A stretch of DNA of 56,983 nt, counting the filler, from Platydemus manokwari (lineage: Eukaryota): assembly GCA_037951405.1 (NCBI GenBank). It is 5 parts of 5 records of this genome, joined end to end, with 100 filler letters (N's around TTAATTAATTAA, not from the genome) between each part and the next. Parts side by side here need not be neighbours in the genome. Positions count along the whole stretch, not along the records: positions 26,601 to 35,741 come from JBBMOY011293428.1; positions 35,842 to 45,583 come from JBBMOY011211209.1; 3 more parts are not named here. One strand, given 5' to 3'. The notes beneath the pieces were generated by a model that worked only from the letters and a program-made list of their open reading frames with translations, was not told the origin of the DNA and made no database searches. The position numbers were made by a program, and so were the translations under genes. The first letter of the stretch is position 1, and each line of letters starts with the position of its first letter. Below are positions 28,073 through 40,680 of the stretch, in pieces.

Positions 28073-31000
28073 ATGAAAGCACTTTCTCCCAAATCGATCG
28101 ATGGGTACAAGAAGTCCAATCTGAACGCAAAGGAAAAGCTGTAATTGTTTTAGTCGGCAATAAGACTGATTTAATAGAAAAGAGGTATAAAAATTGGATA
28201 ATACAAATATTATCCGATTATCATTCACTTATTTCAGATGCATTACTGAAGAAGTTGCTGCCAAGAAAGCAGAAGAATTAGGTATATTATTTATGGAAAC
28301 TAGTGCCAAATCCGGCCATAATATTAAACAGGTATCTATTTATCCATTAATTATTATTAATTATAATAGTTTATAATTATGTTTGGTTTGAAAAATGAAT
28401 TAATGAATTTTTTAAAATGATTTCTTTCTGTTTATAACAACATAACCCATAATAATAATAATAATGTTATTATTACCAATTTATAGCTATTTTTATTTGT
28501 TAAATATTTGTATTTTTATTAAATGACTTTCATTTTAAAAATAACATTATTAATTGTTCCTCAAATTTCCTGTTGACTTAATGGTTTAAGTTACTTTATC
28601 AATTTAACTAGAAAAATATTTTGAATTATATTTTATATTTATTTTGAAAATTTGATGATGTTTTGTAAATGAAGTTGATTGAAATTCTCTTTTCCAATTG
28701 TTTATATGATTAAATATCAATAATATTTCCTCTGTTATAGATTGCATTGAATCTGTAGCTCAATATGGTTTTTTTTGCGATATTTTGGTGGCACAATAAT
28801 TTTATATCAAATCTTATAAAATCATCAAGTCTCAACTATAATTGCTATGGAGGATATGCTGATATGAAATCAAAATGCAAAACCAATATGTGTAACTGAT
28901 ATCGAATATTAGTCAAATGTCTCCCGTCTCTGATAGAGTAACTATATAATAAATATTTCGAGATACCGACGTCCAGAAAATTATTTCGAAATCGCTTTAT
29001 CGATGGTCTGCTTTTTGCAATTTGAAAATGTTTAATCAGTAATCCTTCATATCCATTAAAATGTATTTATTTCGCTGTTAATGTTAATTTATTAATTAAT
29101 ATCCTTTTCCCAATGAACGTGAGGTTACAAGCTGATCTCCAAAGTGTGTATCTGTTTATAAAAATGAAATACTCATATTGGTTTAGGTAGTGATATTTGA
29201 ATAAATAGAATTCATTATTTTTTATTCCAACCACTATCAGATGGAACTTTCATTCAATCATTTATTGTCTATTCACTGATATTCATAATCAACTTATTTC
29301 AATTGATGAAACATTTATCATTTTGTTTGACCAAAATCAATAAAAACCCTGCCTTGAATATCATTGTTATCGCTTTCGCGGCATTATTACGAATGCATGA
29401 GCGCAATCTGTGTGCGTGAAATTAGCAAAACTGTGAAAAGTATATTATATGTTTTGAATTGCTTTTAAATATGTACCTATTGGTTTATTTAATCAAACAA
29501 GGAAATATATTTTGACAAAACATGTATTTAATTGTCTACAAATGAGAAGAGGTCACTATAATTGATAATGTATATCAGAGCATCGGAATGAATTGAGTTA
29601 TATTTTTATATTACAAAAGTCGTAAATAAATTCTAATAGTAAGTTAAGAAAATATTCATTTCTTAAAATTTCTGGTATCCTAAAACCTTCATATTTTTAC
29701 TCAATTGCTATCAACTTTAACTTATTAAAAGAAATCTTAAAGTTTTTAATACTCGTTTTACAAATATTCCCTCGACGTTGTTTTGGTTTCTTGATTCAAA
29801 GAAGATAAGCTTCTTTTAAAATATTATTATTTATCATAAATGATTTATGGTTAGTGAGTACTTATTAAATTGTAATTATGACAGAAACAGATGCACGATA
29901 AATAGCAGACTAATTTGTCCGTTTAATGCAATAATGCGCATATGATGATCTCATTGTAAGGTTCTGATGTTCGTTTATCACAATGAACTCTATGTGGAAC
30001 AATGGAGAACAATTTTTTAATTACTACTTTATATATCTATTAAAAGGAAAGTTATTGGTTTCGAAATAACTTCTTGTAGAAAAATTTATTTATAATAAAT
30101 GTATTTAGGCTCCTGGAAAAAATTGTATTATATGTATACAAATAAACATTGATAATCGAGATCTCCATATATTAAAATATGGATGTTCATGGTTCTTTCT
30201 TTCGATTGTTCCATGAATCACAACAACCTTTGTTGCTGTCCTCATTATCGGGTGAAACCTCGATTGTAGATACCTCACATTTATATTTGACTTTGTACAA
30301 GCAAGAGATGTTTTATTTATCATTTTCTTATCTATCCCTAATTTCTTTAATACTTTACCCTTGGTCTGTGTTTGCCAAGTTTCGAGAACCCTTACATCGA
30401 AAGGGAATAGATCAGTCTGGCCGCTTTTTTGATATTCTTTCTTTCTATATTATTTTGGGCTGTTTCTGTCGCTAACACAGGTTCGTTCATGGGGCATTTT
30501 ACATATATTAGGACGATCGCGAATTTTTTGAACATCCACCTTTTATTTGAATTGGCATTCTTTCTCTACAAAGACTCTATAATCAATATTTTTAACAATT
30601 TCCTTGGACAATATACCATGATTCTTTTGTGACAATAGAGTACAAAAGAGTGGGATAGTTTGCAGCAGGTAAAAATGTGTGTTCGCCATTCCACCTCATA
30701 TCAGCACTTTCTGTATGCCATCCCTCATGTTCTTTTTTTCAGAGTGGAAAGGTTTGAGCGTTATGAATAAATTTTAATTCAGCAATAATGAGGTGCCCAC
30801 TAAAAATACTTTTGTTATAGACCCCATTTCTAATTTGATTAGTTCAGTCTAATTGGTAGCAATTTTGGTATTTTTTTTGATTTTCTTTGGTTCCACTATA
30901 GGGCTTCTTTCGTAATTGGAACCATTGATTATAAGGCTTTGTTGAACTTTTAACATTATCTCACTGTTGATAAGAATAAAAGTAACCGTGGCATATATTT

Positions 31001-34000
31001 TCTTGGAGGCATATTTAATGCTCTCTCTCATTTTGCCTCACCACGTTTTGCTCCTTTCATTTGGTAGAAGGCTTCTTCGATGTCGAAAAATCCGATGTGA
31101 ACGTAATCCATATTTTTTACTGATTTTAAAATGGTTCAAAGTAAAAGGTTTTGTTCGGAAGACACGTCATTTGGACCTAGACTCTTGAGTGAATGTATTA
31201 AGTTTTTTCATCAATACAATTCTGCAGTTGTTTGCACAATCTAGTTATGAAAATTTTATAGCTGTATTAGGTTCCTTATCATATTGAGTTACATAAATTG
31301 TTTCCGTTTCTATTTCGCTAAAGTCGATATTTTAGTAACTTTCTTAACTGAGCAATAATTTTTACGTGGTCTCGTACATGATCTTTGAAATTCTGGAAGA
31401 TTTGTTTTTTGTTTCTGTTTTTCCTCGAAAAGTTGAAGTATTTTTAAGTAATTATAGTTGGCTTTTATGTATTGCGTGGTTAATTCAAAGGCGGCGAATC
31501 TTGTGTGATTAAACAATATCCTTAGTTTCAAGTCAGGTTCATTTTTTTCGTCATTGTCTCTAACCAAGTATGTGTTACTTGGCGATTTAATTGTGCAGAC
31601 AGAGGGAATGGATTCACAGTATTTGCTAAACATTTCATCCAATGTTTCAATTGTTGGCCAGTGTTTCTGTTAATGATTTCCTGATTTCAAATGTATCTTT
31701 ATTGCCTTGATGTTTATTCTTATCAGTTGAAAATCACGGCTAATGTTCAGCATATATCCAAATGCCAGAGGGGTATTTTCCACAAAATTGCATTGTAATA
31801 ATCTGGTCTTTGAAGGCTCGATTTCTTTGAGTAGCTTTTTGATCCATATTATTTTGGAAATATTTCTATTTACGTTATTTTTTTTATCATCTAGATTATC
31901 ACCTCTAGGATCCAGTAATAAAATCGATTTTTTGTTACAAATAATATGACTAGAATCCAGTGTTCAGGTTTTATCAGAAATTGGCAAAAGATAATTTCCC
32001 TATTTTTGAAGTACTGGAACAACTAGAATTCTAGAATGTCTTCTACTTCATCGTGTTTGAATGATTTGCCAATAAAAGGATTGAATACTAGAAATTTTCG
32101 ACACAAGGCTATCATGTGTCTTCCTGTAAAGGGAATATGGCCATTCTGATTTTCTGCATTGTCTGGTTCCATCGCAGTTAAATGGAACGTTTTGTTTATA
32201 TTTTCTTCTAGTGGTTCTGACGTCTACGCCTATGCAAAATTGGTTACTGGCGATGCAATCAATGTAGCCGCATATTAATGGGATGCAGAAAAAGTTATTT
32301 GTTTGTAATAGTCGCTGTTTCTTAGCGTAGAAGTTTATTTTTATCTTTGAATTTTTCCAAATTGCGATTTCTTACTTGAGTGTGTTGCATATCCTCTTAG
32401 CTTCAGTTTCATATATTAATTCGATAATACTCAGTGGGTCAAGTACATCTCCCTCGAATAGGTAAGCGATTAGTAGCGTCCAATGTTGATTTCGTATATT
32501 AATTGAAGCAAGGACCCTTTTACATGATATGAGCCTTGTGATACCTATTTCGTTGAGGCTGGCTCTGTTTGTAAATAATTCTTCAGCATAGCTACTGATG
32601 AGTAGGCAATCATTCAACTTAACGTGTGTGGATACATATTTATCAATCTGGTCTCTGGAGAACCATCAAAAGTCAGATTCTGTGTAGCTCACGGTGCAAG
32701 ACAAGGAGTTCTCAATATTTAACAGCCTTGAACTTGGGATGGTTGACAGGGATCATTTCTTGTTTAAGATTTTCGTTGACGACGTTATGGCTTGTTTATC
32801 CATTAAGTTCAGTATTTTTTCTTGACTTGAAATGCTTTTTTGATTTTTCGAGAATAATCATTAGGCTTAGCATTTCTTCTTAATTTGCATAGCTTTGTTG
32901 AGTTATCTTTCTTATATACTCTGCTATAAGGTCGCATTTCATCTTTTATTTTCCTAATTCAAATCTTTTGATGAAATGGAGAAGGTCGGACCTATATTTG
33001 CTGGGAAAGGATCATAGAACTTATCCAATTACTTCGCATTATCGATTTGCCATGACAACAGAGATGATGCTGCCGTATTAATTTTAATGGGTGTTTCATT
33101 GAAATGTAAGTGTGGTTCACTGATCGAACTCTCCAGAACTATGGTAGGCATCTCTGTTTGAGTAGATAAGCTAACCATTCAGAAGTTTCTCTCTTTAGTT
33201 TGTATTCTATTCTTGGTTTTATTTGGTTTGAGGATATCCGGGCTTATGGTTGTAGTTTATATATTTTTCAGTTGTTTGACTTGAGAATTCGTGTTGTTTT
33301 GTATGCTATTGTCTAGATCAAGCATATTGTATGAGTTTTGATTATCCAGGTTACGTCTTTTATCATTATTCAATGTACTAGTTGGCTGAAATATATCTTT
33401 TAGGGTTTCCATAAGTTTTCGTTAACCTCATCTTCTATTCCATAATCACGAAGATTATTTTTGAATTTTATTAGTGTATCTTTATTATTTGATGCTTGAA
33501 TATTAGTAGAATTACAGTTGATACAATTGGTACTTGTTATCATGTTTGTTTCCTTCACTCTCTTTCTTTTTCCCCAAGAATTTTTCTGAATTTATCTTAA
33601 GTTGTTTTGCAATGTGGTACAACTTTTAGCGATCATATCTCAGTGTTAAGAGACCATGATTTGTCGGAGTTAATGGTATTAGAGATAATGTGTCTCCCTT
33701 TTTACTTGGAACGCATCTCATTTTTTCTACCATTTTTCTTGTATGGTCAGTAGGTGATGAGTTTATATTAGTTTTTTTGATTTTCTGCGAGATTCCCTTT
33801 GGAGTTTCGTCATTATTTCCTCTTTATCATTTGGAAACCTTCATCTTCGAGTGTAATTGGATCTGGTTTCTTACCTGTGCCTGTTATTACTTTGTCACCG
33901 TATGCTTTCAGTTCACAAATTACACAACATTTTCAAAGGGCGGTCTTGCATTGGTTTTGTATTGTCTCTTCTCTATGTGGGAGTATTGGTATTTTCAATA

Positions 34001-34984
34001 GGGTATTTCGATAAGTATTTCTCCAAAACATCTGGCCAATGGGTCAATTTGTTTGTAACCATTTAGCGTACCATGTCTTGTAACTCCGGCATTACTTGAA
34101 CGAGTGGATTGTGATCCCTACTAGCCTTTATCTTTGGACTAGAGCTTTGTAAGGCTTGACAACGTCCTGGAAGTACTCGTCATAATTGTCTAACTACTCG
34201 GATTGTCTTTCCTGAGTAATTTTAGGTTTTTCTTGCGTGATTAGTTTAGAAGTTTTTGAATACTTCTTGTTAGAGTTTGTCCTGTGACTGTATTAATAAT
34301 TAGTCCTGTCATCCTTGTAGGAATACTCATCAAAGTCATCTTAATCGTTAGAGGACAAAAGATTTTTCTTATACATTGGCCAATTGCAAAAGCATTATAA
34401 ATTAAATTTTAATTAGCTTCGCGGAAGATCGTAATTGAAACGGTTTCTAAGTTTAAGTTTTTCTAATTATTAGTAATTTCCAAGTTTTATGTAATATTCG
34501 GTAAGTTAAAACATTTCGTAGTTTCACGTGAGGGATTCGATTCAAACAACGAAATATTTTGAAAGTTGTATAAGATAAAAGAAATAAATTTCTTAATGTA
34601 AGATAATTAGGGATCATTTTATGTGTATCTTTTCGAGAAGTGTTCTTATCAGTTTTGATCATGATTATCCATTATATATAACTATTTGTAATGAGTTTAT
34701 TTTTATAATTTAATTTTATTTTCCCTTTCATATAGTTGTTCAAGAAAATTGCAACAGAATTATTAAGCAAGGAGCAACCAAATCCAAGACCCAGCGACTG
34801 TAATTTTTAAATTTTCAATTCATTTCTTAATTGTGCTTTATTGATTTGCTATTTATTAATGTACTTAAACAATTTAAATAATAGTCGATATGGAATTTAT
34901 GAAACCATTTTATTAGATATTGAAGTCAAGTTGAATGACAATCAAGGCGAATCAAAACCAGAAGGTAGTCGATGTTGGTGTTGA
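28073..34984 (+). CDS. RAB6: Rab6-like small GTPase, 3' four exons (5' exons not in this contig)
   Basis: Exons 28073-28184 (ESTFSQIDRWVQEVQSERKGKAVIVLVGNKTDLIEKR, G4 NKxD), 28238-28331 (ELGILFMETSAKSGHNIKQ, G5), 34736-34799 (LFKKIATELL...) and 34917-34984 (IEVKLNDNQGESKPEGSRCWC*, CXC prenylation motif). All introns are GT-AG with consistent phases, and their positions correspond to the Rab6 pattern (KR|, KQ|LF, before I.vKL). Confidence 0.9.
30105..34400 (-). mobile_element. Decayed retroelement with two tandem Ulp1/C48-like cysteine protease domains (NeSL-clade-like), inside the 6.4-kb Rab6 intron
   Basis: Higher-GC block with long minus-strand frames. Domain 1 (about 32250-32660): WFSRDQIDKYV...RVLASINIRNQHWTLLIAYLFEGDVLDPLS...RLLQTNNFFCIPLICGY. 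Domain 2 (about 31740-32100): FLVFNPF...IIFCQFLIKPEHWILVIL/NKKSILLLDPRG...RLLQCNFVENTPLAFGY. Downstream frames only faintly resemble an RT N-terminus. Boundaries are approximate. Confidence 0.7.
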
Positions 34985-35741
34985 TCTGAATTTAGTGCCT
35001 TTATTTTGTGATACATTTGTGCCGATATGGGTTGAGATGCATTGGTCTCTATCGCTATATACAATAAATCATATCAAAACTCCTTTCTTATCACAAACAT
35101 TAGATCAATTATTTTATCCCCGTAGAGTTTATTTTCTTTACGTAAAAATGAATATTATCTTGATGAGTTTAAATGTGTATTATGTTATTCGAAATTTGGT
35201 ATTCTATGTTTCAATGTTGAGATTTTTGTGTGTTTAATGTTCTGATTTATTTTTATTTGATTATTTGTAGATCTGAATTGATTATTTATTGCTTAAAATA
35301 TAATTGGCCTCGTTTAAAACTTTTCTATTTTTGAAGTTTAATGTTGCATTGAAGAAAACGTAAACTTATTTAACTACACAATTTAGTGTAATTAAGTCGA
35401 TGTAGTATTATGCGGGAAGTTATACAGCTATTAATTTATTAGTTCTTTCTATTGATTAATTGGAAATTTTTCGTTTAATGAAGAAAAACAACATTTATAT
35501 ACAGGTTACATTATAAAGTTTAGAAATGATAAATTACACATTTTTAAAAATTTCTTTTTATGATATTGATACATGAATAACGACTTGGTATTATTTCAAA
35601 TTAATTATTACCACCAATAAATTTACGAAAACTACTTCATATCAGAAATCCTAATTATATATGATAATAATATAACAGGAGATAAGCATCTCGAATAACC
35701 AACTAAATATATTAAATAAAAATAATAGTTTAAAATACATA

Positions 35742-35841
35742 NNNNNNNNNNNNNNNNNNNNNNNNNNNNNNNNNNNNNNNNNNNNTTAATTAATTAANNN
35801 NNNNNNNNNNNNNNNNNNNNNNNNNNNNNNNNNNNNNNNNN
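35742..35841. other. Artificial contig spacer
   Basis: N44-TTAATTAATTAA-N44. Confidence 0.97.
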
Positions 35842-35857
35842 CTGCAGATATCTTTTA

Positions 35858-38424
35858 ATGGTTATTTTTATTTTTATAATCTTTTCGTTGTATAAACTTA
35901 TTTGAAAATGTTTAAATGATGATACAATATTAGGTAAATTTAAAACTTCTTCTTGTAAGTGGTAAAAGTTGCACAATAGAGTTTACTTCTTCAACGACTG
36001 TCTCAGAAATTTGTGATTATATTTTTCTCAATTGGCCTGATGGTTATTTTTTATTTGAAATTTTTCAAGTATTTCATCCGAATTTGCAGATTGGGATGAA
36101 AAACCAGATGATAATATTTTAAGATTAATCTACCATGGTAGATTTCTTAATTTTGACACGAAACTGAAAGGTAAAATGAAATAAATTAGTGATAAAATGG
36201 TTATGATTGTTTCAGATCTCAATTTACCAGTTGGTATTGTAGTGATGCATTTAATATTCAGGAAAAACATTCCACAACCTGGTACACAAGGTAAATGATT
36301 TAACAATAAATTTAAGATGATGTTGATTCATGTTTATTTGATGAATGAATGAATCATTGAATATTGGGATTGGTATTGAAGTATTGTTGGATGATGTGTG
36401 TGTGACGTGATATTGATGTGCATGATATTTATCATTGATATTTGTGAAATAATTTATCATTATTTGTCTCATTTCATCATATTGATCATTTAATAATATG
36501 TCTGTTATCATTTCATGCTGATATTCATCGATTTTGACATGAAATTGGTATTGTGACGATATCGGGCCGGTATTTTCGCTTGTTTTTGAAACGATATCAC
36601 ATATGACAACTTAACGATAATATTTGAACGAATTAATTTTGGTATCAAGCTAATGGTTTATAATGGTATTTATGATATCCTGTCTTTAGTTTTAATTGAT
36701 TTCATATTTGCGACGATATTTTGATCGTCTGTAATGTTTTCATAGAGATATCGAATCAATATCTGCTGTCTTTATGTTTAGAAAGTATTTCGTATAAATA
36801 TTGACATCGTTTTTCCTTATTTGGTGTGATTTTACACACAATTTGTTGCGAAATAATTCGATATCATCGGTATTGCGGTATTGCGGGGCAATATCACACT
36901 CTTTTGATATCAGTTTATCTGGTTATCGACGGCATATTTTGTATTCCTCTCTAGCTTTTATATCGGGTTTTCTTTTGAAAATTATTTGATCCATCAGTAT
37001 TTTGGCGATATTTTGTCTCTGAACAAGAATTGATATCGATACCGTGACATTATTGGATATTATCGTGACGATATTTATTCTTTTCATTTTATCCTTTATT
37101 GACCTAGTTTTCATCCGTTAAATCCAGTATCGCGCATGGCTACATAATATCGTGATATAAGGAAAGGAAAATACCATGTTATCTCGATACTGAAATATAT
37201 TTGGTGGTGGCGATATTTTTTCTTTGATTTTTGATATAATTTTCATTGATTGTGTTGGAAATGATTTGGTTACAATAATATCACTATGGTATCGGCAATA
37301 ATGCTTCTTTTTAAGATAAATCGATAATATTACAACATCTTTGTGATATTATTGGATAATATATATATTTGTTAGCAATACCTATAGATATGATTATGAT
37401 TATTGAATCATGTGATCATCTCAATCCATATCAAAGTATCACATGACCAATTACATCATCGATAATAATCATTAGTAGGAGTGATATGTTCAAGCAATAT
37501 ATCGTTACAATATCAAATTGGTCGGAATGAATTTATTTTTTATGATAACCAAATAGATAGGTCAATGAAACCAATTATTAAAAATGTCACCACTATCATG
37601 CTTCATTAATGAATGACATTTGACTGGATGCTATAGGTTTCAATTGATAATTTTATCCATTCCCATTCACATGATTAATATTGTCATTCTATCGAGTTGA
37701 TTCTGAAATGATTAATAATAGCGCTTTTGATAAAATCTCTTTTAACACAGTATTGAATTTTCGTTGTGGATTTCAAATCGTATTTCAATTGGTTGATAAA
37801 AATAGCAAATGGCTTGATATCATTAATTATATGTTAGGATTAGAGGATGGTTAATACAGCAAATATAAATATATATATCAGCAGAGATCATCAGTAAAAC
37901 AGCACTAATTCATAGGATTGATTCCATTAATCAATGTTGCGCTGAGTTTCACATTATTTATAGAATTGTATTGACTATGATTTATTGATGATCCTATTTT
38001 GGAAATGTTATGATGATCACAATAATCAATAAATCTCAATTAATAAAGCTGATTCATATCAGATGGAAATGAGTTCATAAATGAGTTCATAAATATTTCC
38101 AATGAATGAGTCTGGATAAAATTATCAATAAATATTTCCAATGAATTATTTTCATTGAATTTATTGTGTTGTATTTTCATCAATCAGGTTCAACGATATC
38201 CGAAATTGGGAATGTCATTTGATATGATTTTTTGTTGGAATTAATTATTATTGTTGCTATTGGCATGTTGTCTGAGATATGAATTAAAATCTATTCATCT
38301 CACTTCATTCAAACAACCAACATTAATCATAAATATTGAATTAATAACATTCGATTCAGAAGATGTTAAGAAGAGCAAGTCTCCCAGCCATTCTTGCTTC
38401 AGGTCGTGCTGTTGTATTTGCTAG
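35858..38424 (+). CDS. UBL3: Ubiquitin-like protein 3 (UBL3 / membrane-anchored ubiquitin-fold protein, MUB)
   Basis: Exons 35934-36042 (VNLKLLLVSGKSCTIEFTSSTTVSEICDYIFLNWPD), 36090-36170 (DWDEKPDDNILRLIYHGRFLNFDTKLK), 36216-36290 (DLNLPVGIVVMHLIFRKNIPQPGTQ) and 38360-38424 (EDVKKSKSPSHSCFRSCCCIC*, CaaX-type end). These match UBL3 motifs INLRLILVSGK, NWPMDW, ILRLIYQGRFL and VMHLV. The likely start is the ATG at 35858-35860 just before a GT donor (less certain). Confidence 0.93.
36535..37526. mobile_element. About 1-kb non-autonomous foldback DNA element with imperfect TIRs and many GATATC/ATATCG subterminal motifs (CMC/EnSpm-like), in the last UBL3 intron
   Basis: The left end AAATTGGTATTGTGACGATAT matches the reverse complement of the right end, AATTTGATATTGTAACGATAT. 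The interior is unusually CpG-rich, with many (C)GATAT(C)/ATATCG motifs in both orientations. Confidence 0.6.
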
Positions 38425-38713
38425 ATCGCATAATAATGATGTCGATCAAAAGATATCTGTGATGAACCCGATCATAATTTTATCATATTGTAAACTGCAC
38501 AATGCATTTTTCACTGTGTACATACATATAAACAAAACTATTTGATGATGGTTGATCCAACACATTGTGTTACTGCCATAGTTTTTCGACTTTACCACGT
38601 ACACTACAATTTGTACATTACAATTTTATTTTCTTAATTCTTTTATTCAATCTATTTGCTGATAGCTTTGATATACAAAATGGTTCATTTAGCACGCTCA
38701 CAGGCACCAGGAC

Positions 38714-38714
<1 letters not shown>

Positions 38715-38756
<42 letters not shown>
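38715..38756. repeat. (ATT)14 microsatellite
   Basis: Perfect triplet run, the source of the poly-Ile in ORF 38565-38837. Confidence 0.95.
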
Positions 38757-40680
38757 GTCAACAATATTCGTTATGACGTAACAATATTGTATAAATATCA
38801 GATCCTTCATCGATATGCTTCAGAACTCAACAAGTGAAAACCGTTGTTGAAGTGTATTCTGTGATGGATTTTATTTTAAATGACTTCTCATTGGTGCTTT
38901 GTTCCGATTGGTCATATTAATTTATTGATTGATTTCGTCTGTATATTCTATAGATAATCCATTATTGTTGCCAATCATTTTGTTGTCATTATATTAACAA
39001 TGCTTTGGCATTAATATCAATTGTTTTTCTATTTCATTAATCAAACGAGCTTTATATAAACGACCAGTTTCGGAGTCTTTACCTATCAGATAGTGGATAT
39101 TAAATTAATCATATCATAATTCGCTCGCAATTGGATTCGACCTCTTGCCCATTTCATACATATTCATTATTTAATATCACTTGATCGTCCAAATCATTAT
39201 ATGATTCACTGAAGTAAATGATGATAATAGATTAACTAAAGGACATTTTAGTGATATTTGTTGAAAGGTTAGAAGGTAGAATATTGAGTTCAGGATTTTA
39301 GTAAAATCACTGATCCTGATTCTAATCCAATATGATCTATTGCTAGATAGTTTCAATCATATCGGATCTTGAAGCATTAAGTTAAAATAAATTGTGAAAT
39401 ATGCTTGAATGGGATGGGAAAATGAAGAGATATTATTATTTGACATGTTGTATAGTCATAAAAATAATTATTTTCATTATTTATTTATACATTCCTAAAT
39501 TTTAATAATCTGTTCCAAAGAACCAAATCAAAAGGCGTCAGTAAATGAATGAATAGTTTGTTTTTTTTGTTTTATTTCACAATAGCAGTGATGAGAGTTT
39601 AAACAAGAAAACAAATCATAGTCATTATACAAGTATAAAAAGGAAAGCTGATTAATGATGTATTGGTGTGAGAGTAAAAATTAGCCTATTTTCTAACATT
39701 TCTTGACTATTAATTGCATTTATAATGATGCTTGATGGTGTGTCATCGGAACAAGTGTTTTCTCTTTCATTTGTATGATTTAATTTATAATTATTTAATT
39801 TTTCTAGTTTAACTTTGAAATATTTCCTAAACACGCGCAAAGGGTTGATTTTTACTTTAATGTTAGGTTTGTATAGTTATAAAGGCGGCTTTATACTTTG
39901 CACTATTTTGATGATAATAATAATTTAATCAATACGGTCTATACTGTCTGTGTCCATATAGGACTTCTAATTTAGAATGTTGATCATAGTGCAAATGATG
40001 ATGGTATAGGAATTGATCCGAATGGAAATATTGATGATATGAAATCGCATCGATTCCTGGCATACATTAAAGTCAAGATTAGTGCTATTAGTGATATTTA
40101 TATCCTTTTAGTTTTTTATGCTCTATTAAGATGTTCTGACGAAGCAATAAAATAGTTTACTTCATCCTAAATATGTAATCAGACAGGCAATTCTAAAAAT
40201 TAAATTTTTATTTTAATGAATTTCATTAAAAAAAATAGTTCGTCAGCATTAATTAGTCCATATCGCATTAAATCACCTCCAACTATAAATTAATAATCAA
40301 ACAAAACTGTATGTATTCCTATGTCAATATTTTGGTGCCCTGTTTCGTCAATAAACCAGTAAATTATTTTCGCCAATGATTAAATTTAATAATTGATTTT
40401 AATTAGTGTATTGATTTATTCACCAATACCAAATAAAGTCGAAATATTAGGAACCCAAATGATCAAACCTTGAAACTCAATTTAATCTAACAACATATTT
40501 CAATGAGCAAATGAATATTTCGATAAAATGAGGACCAGTTCAAATTGAATCGAAACATTTTCGATTTTTACTAAATGGATTATATCGGTGAATCAATATC
40601 ATTTGAAAAATGAAGTGTTTTGCAGAAATTGTTGATGGACTTTGGACTTTTACATACAATATATATAAATATAAATATAA

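Noticed and set aside
28740-29050. Minus-strand KIIVPPKYRKKNHIEL resembling the Gypsy integrase zinc-binding region
   Set aside because: A single short motif with no supporting neighbours.
36251-36511. ORF-track minus-strand 86-aa ORF, and other hydrophobic or low-complexity ORFs (22955-23332, 33690-34066, 40540-40974, 20600-20791, 38565-38837)
   Set aside because: They are antisense shadows of real exons or elements, or products of AT-rich and microsatellite sequence.
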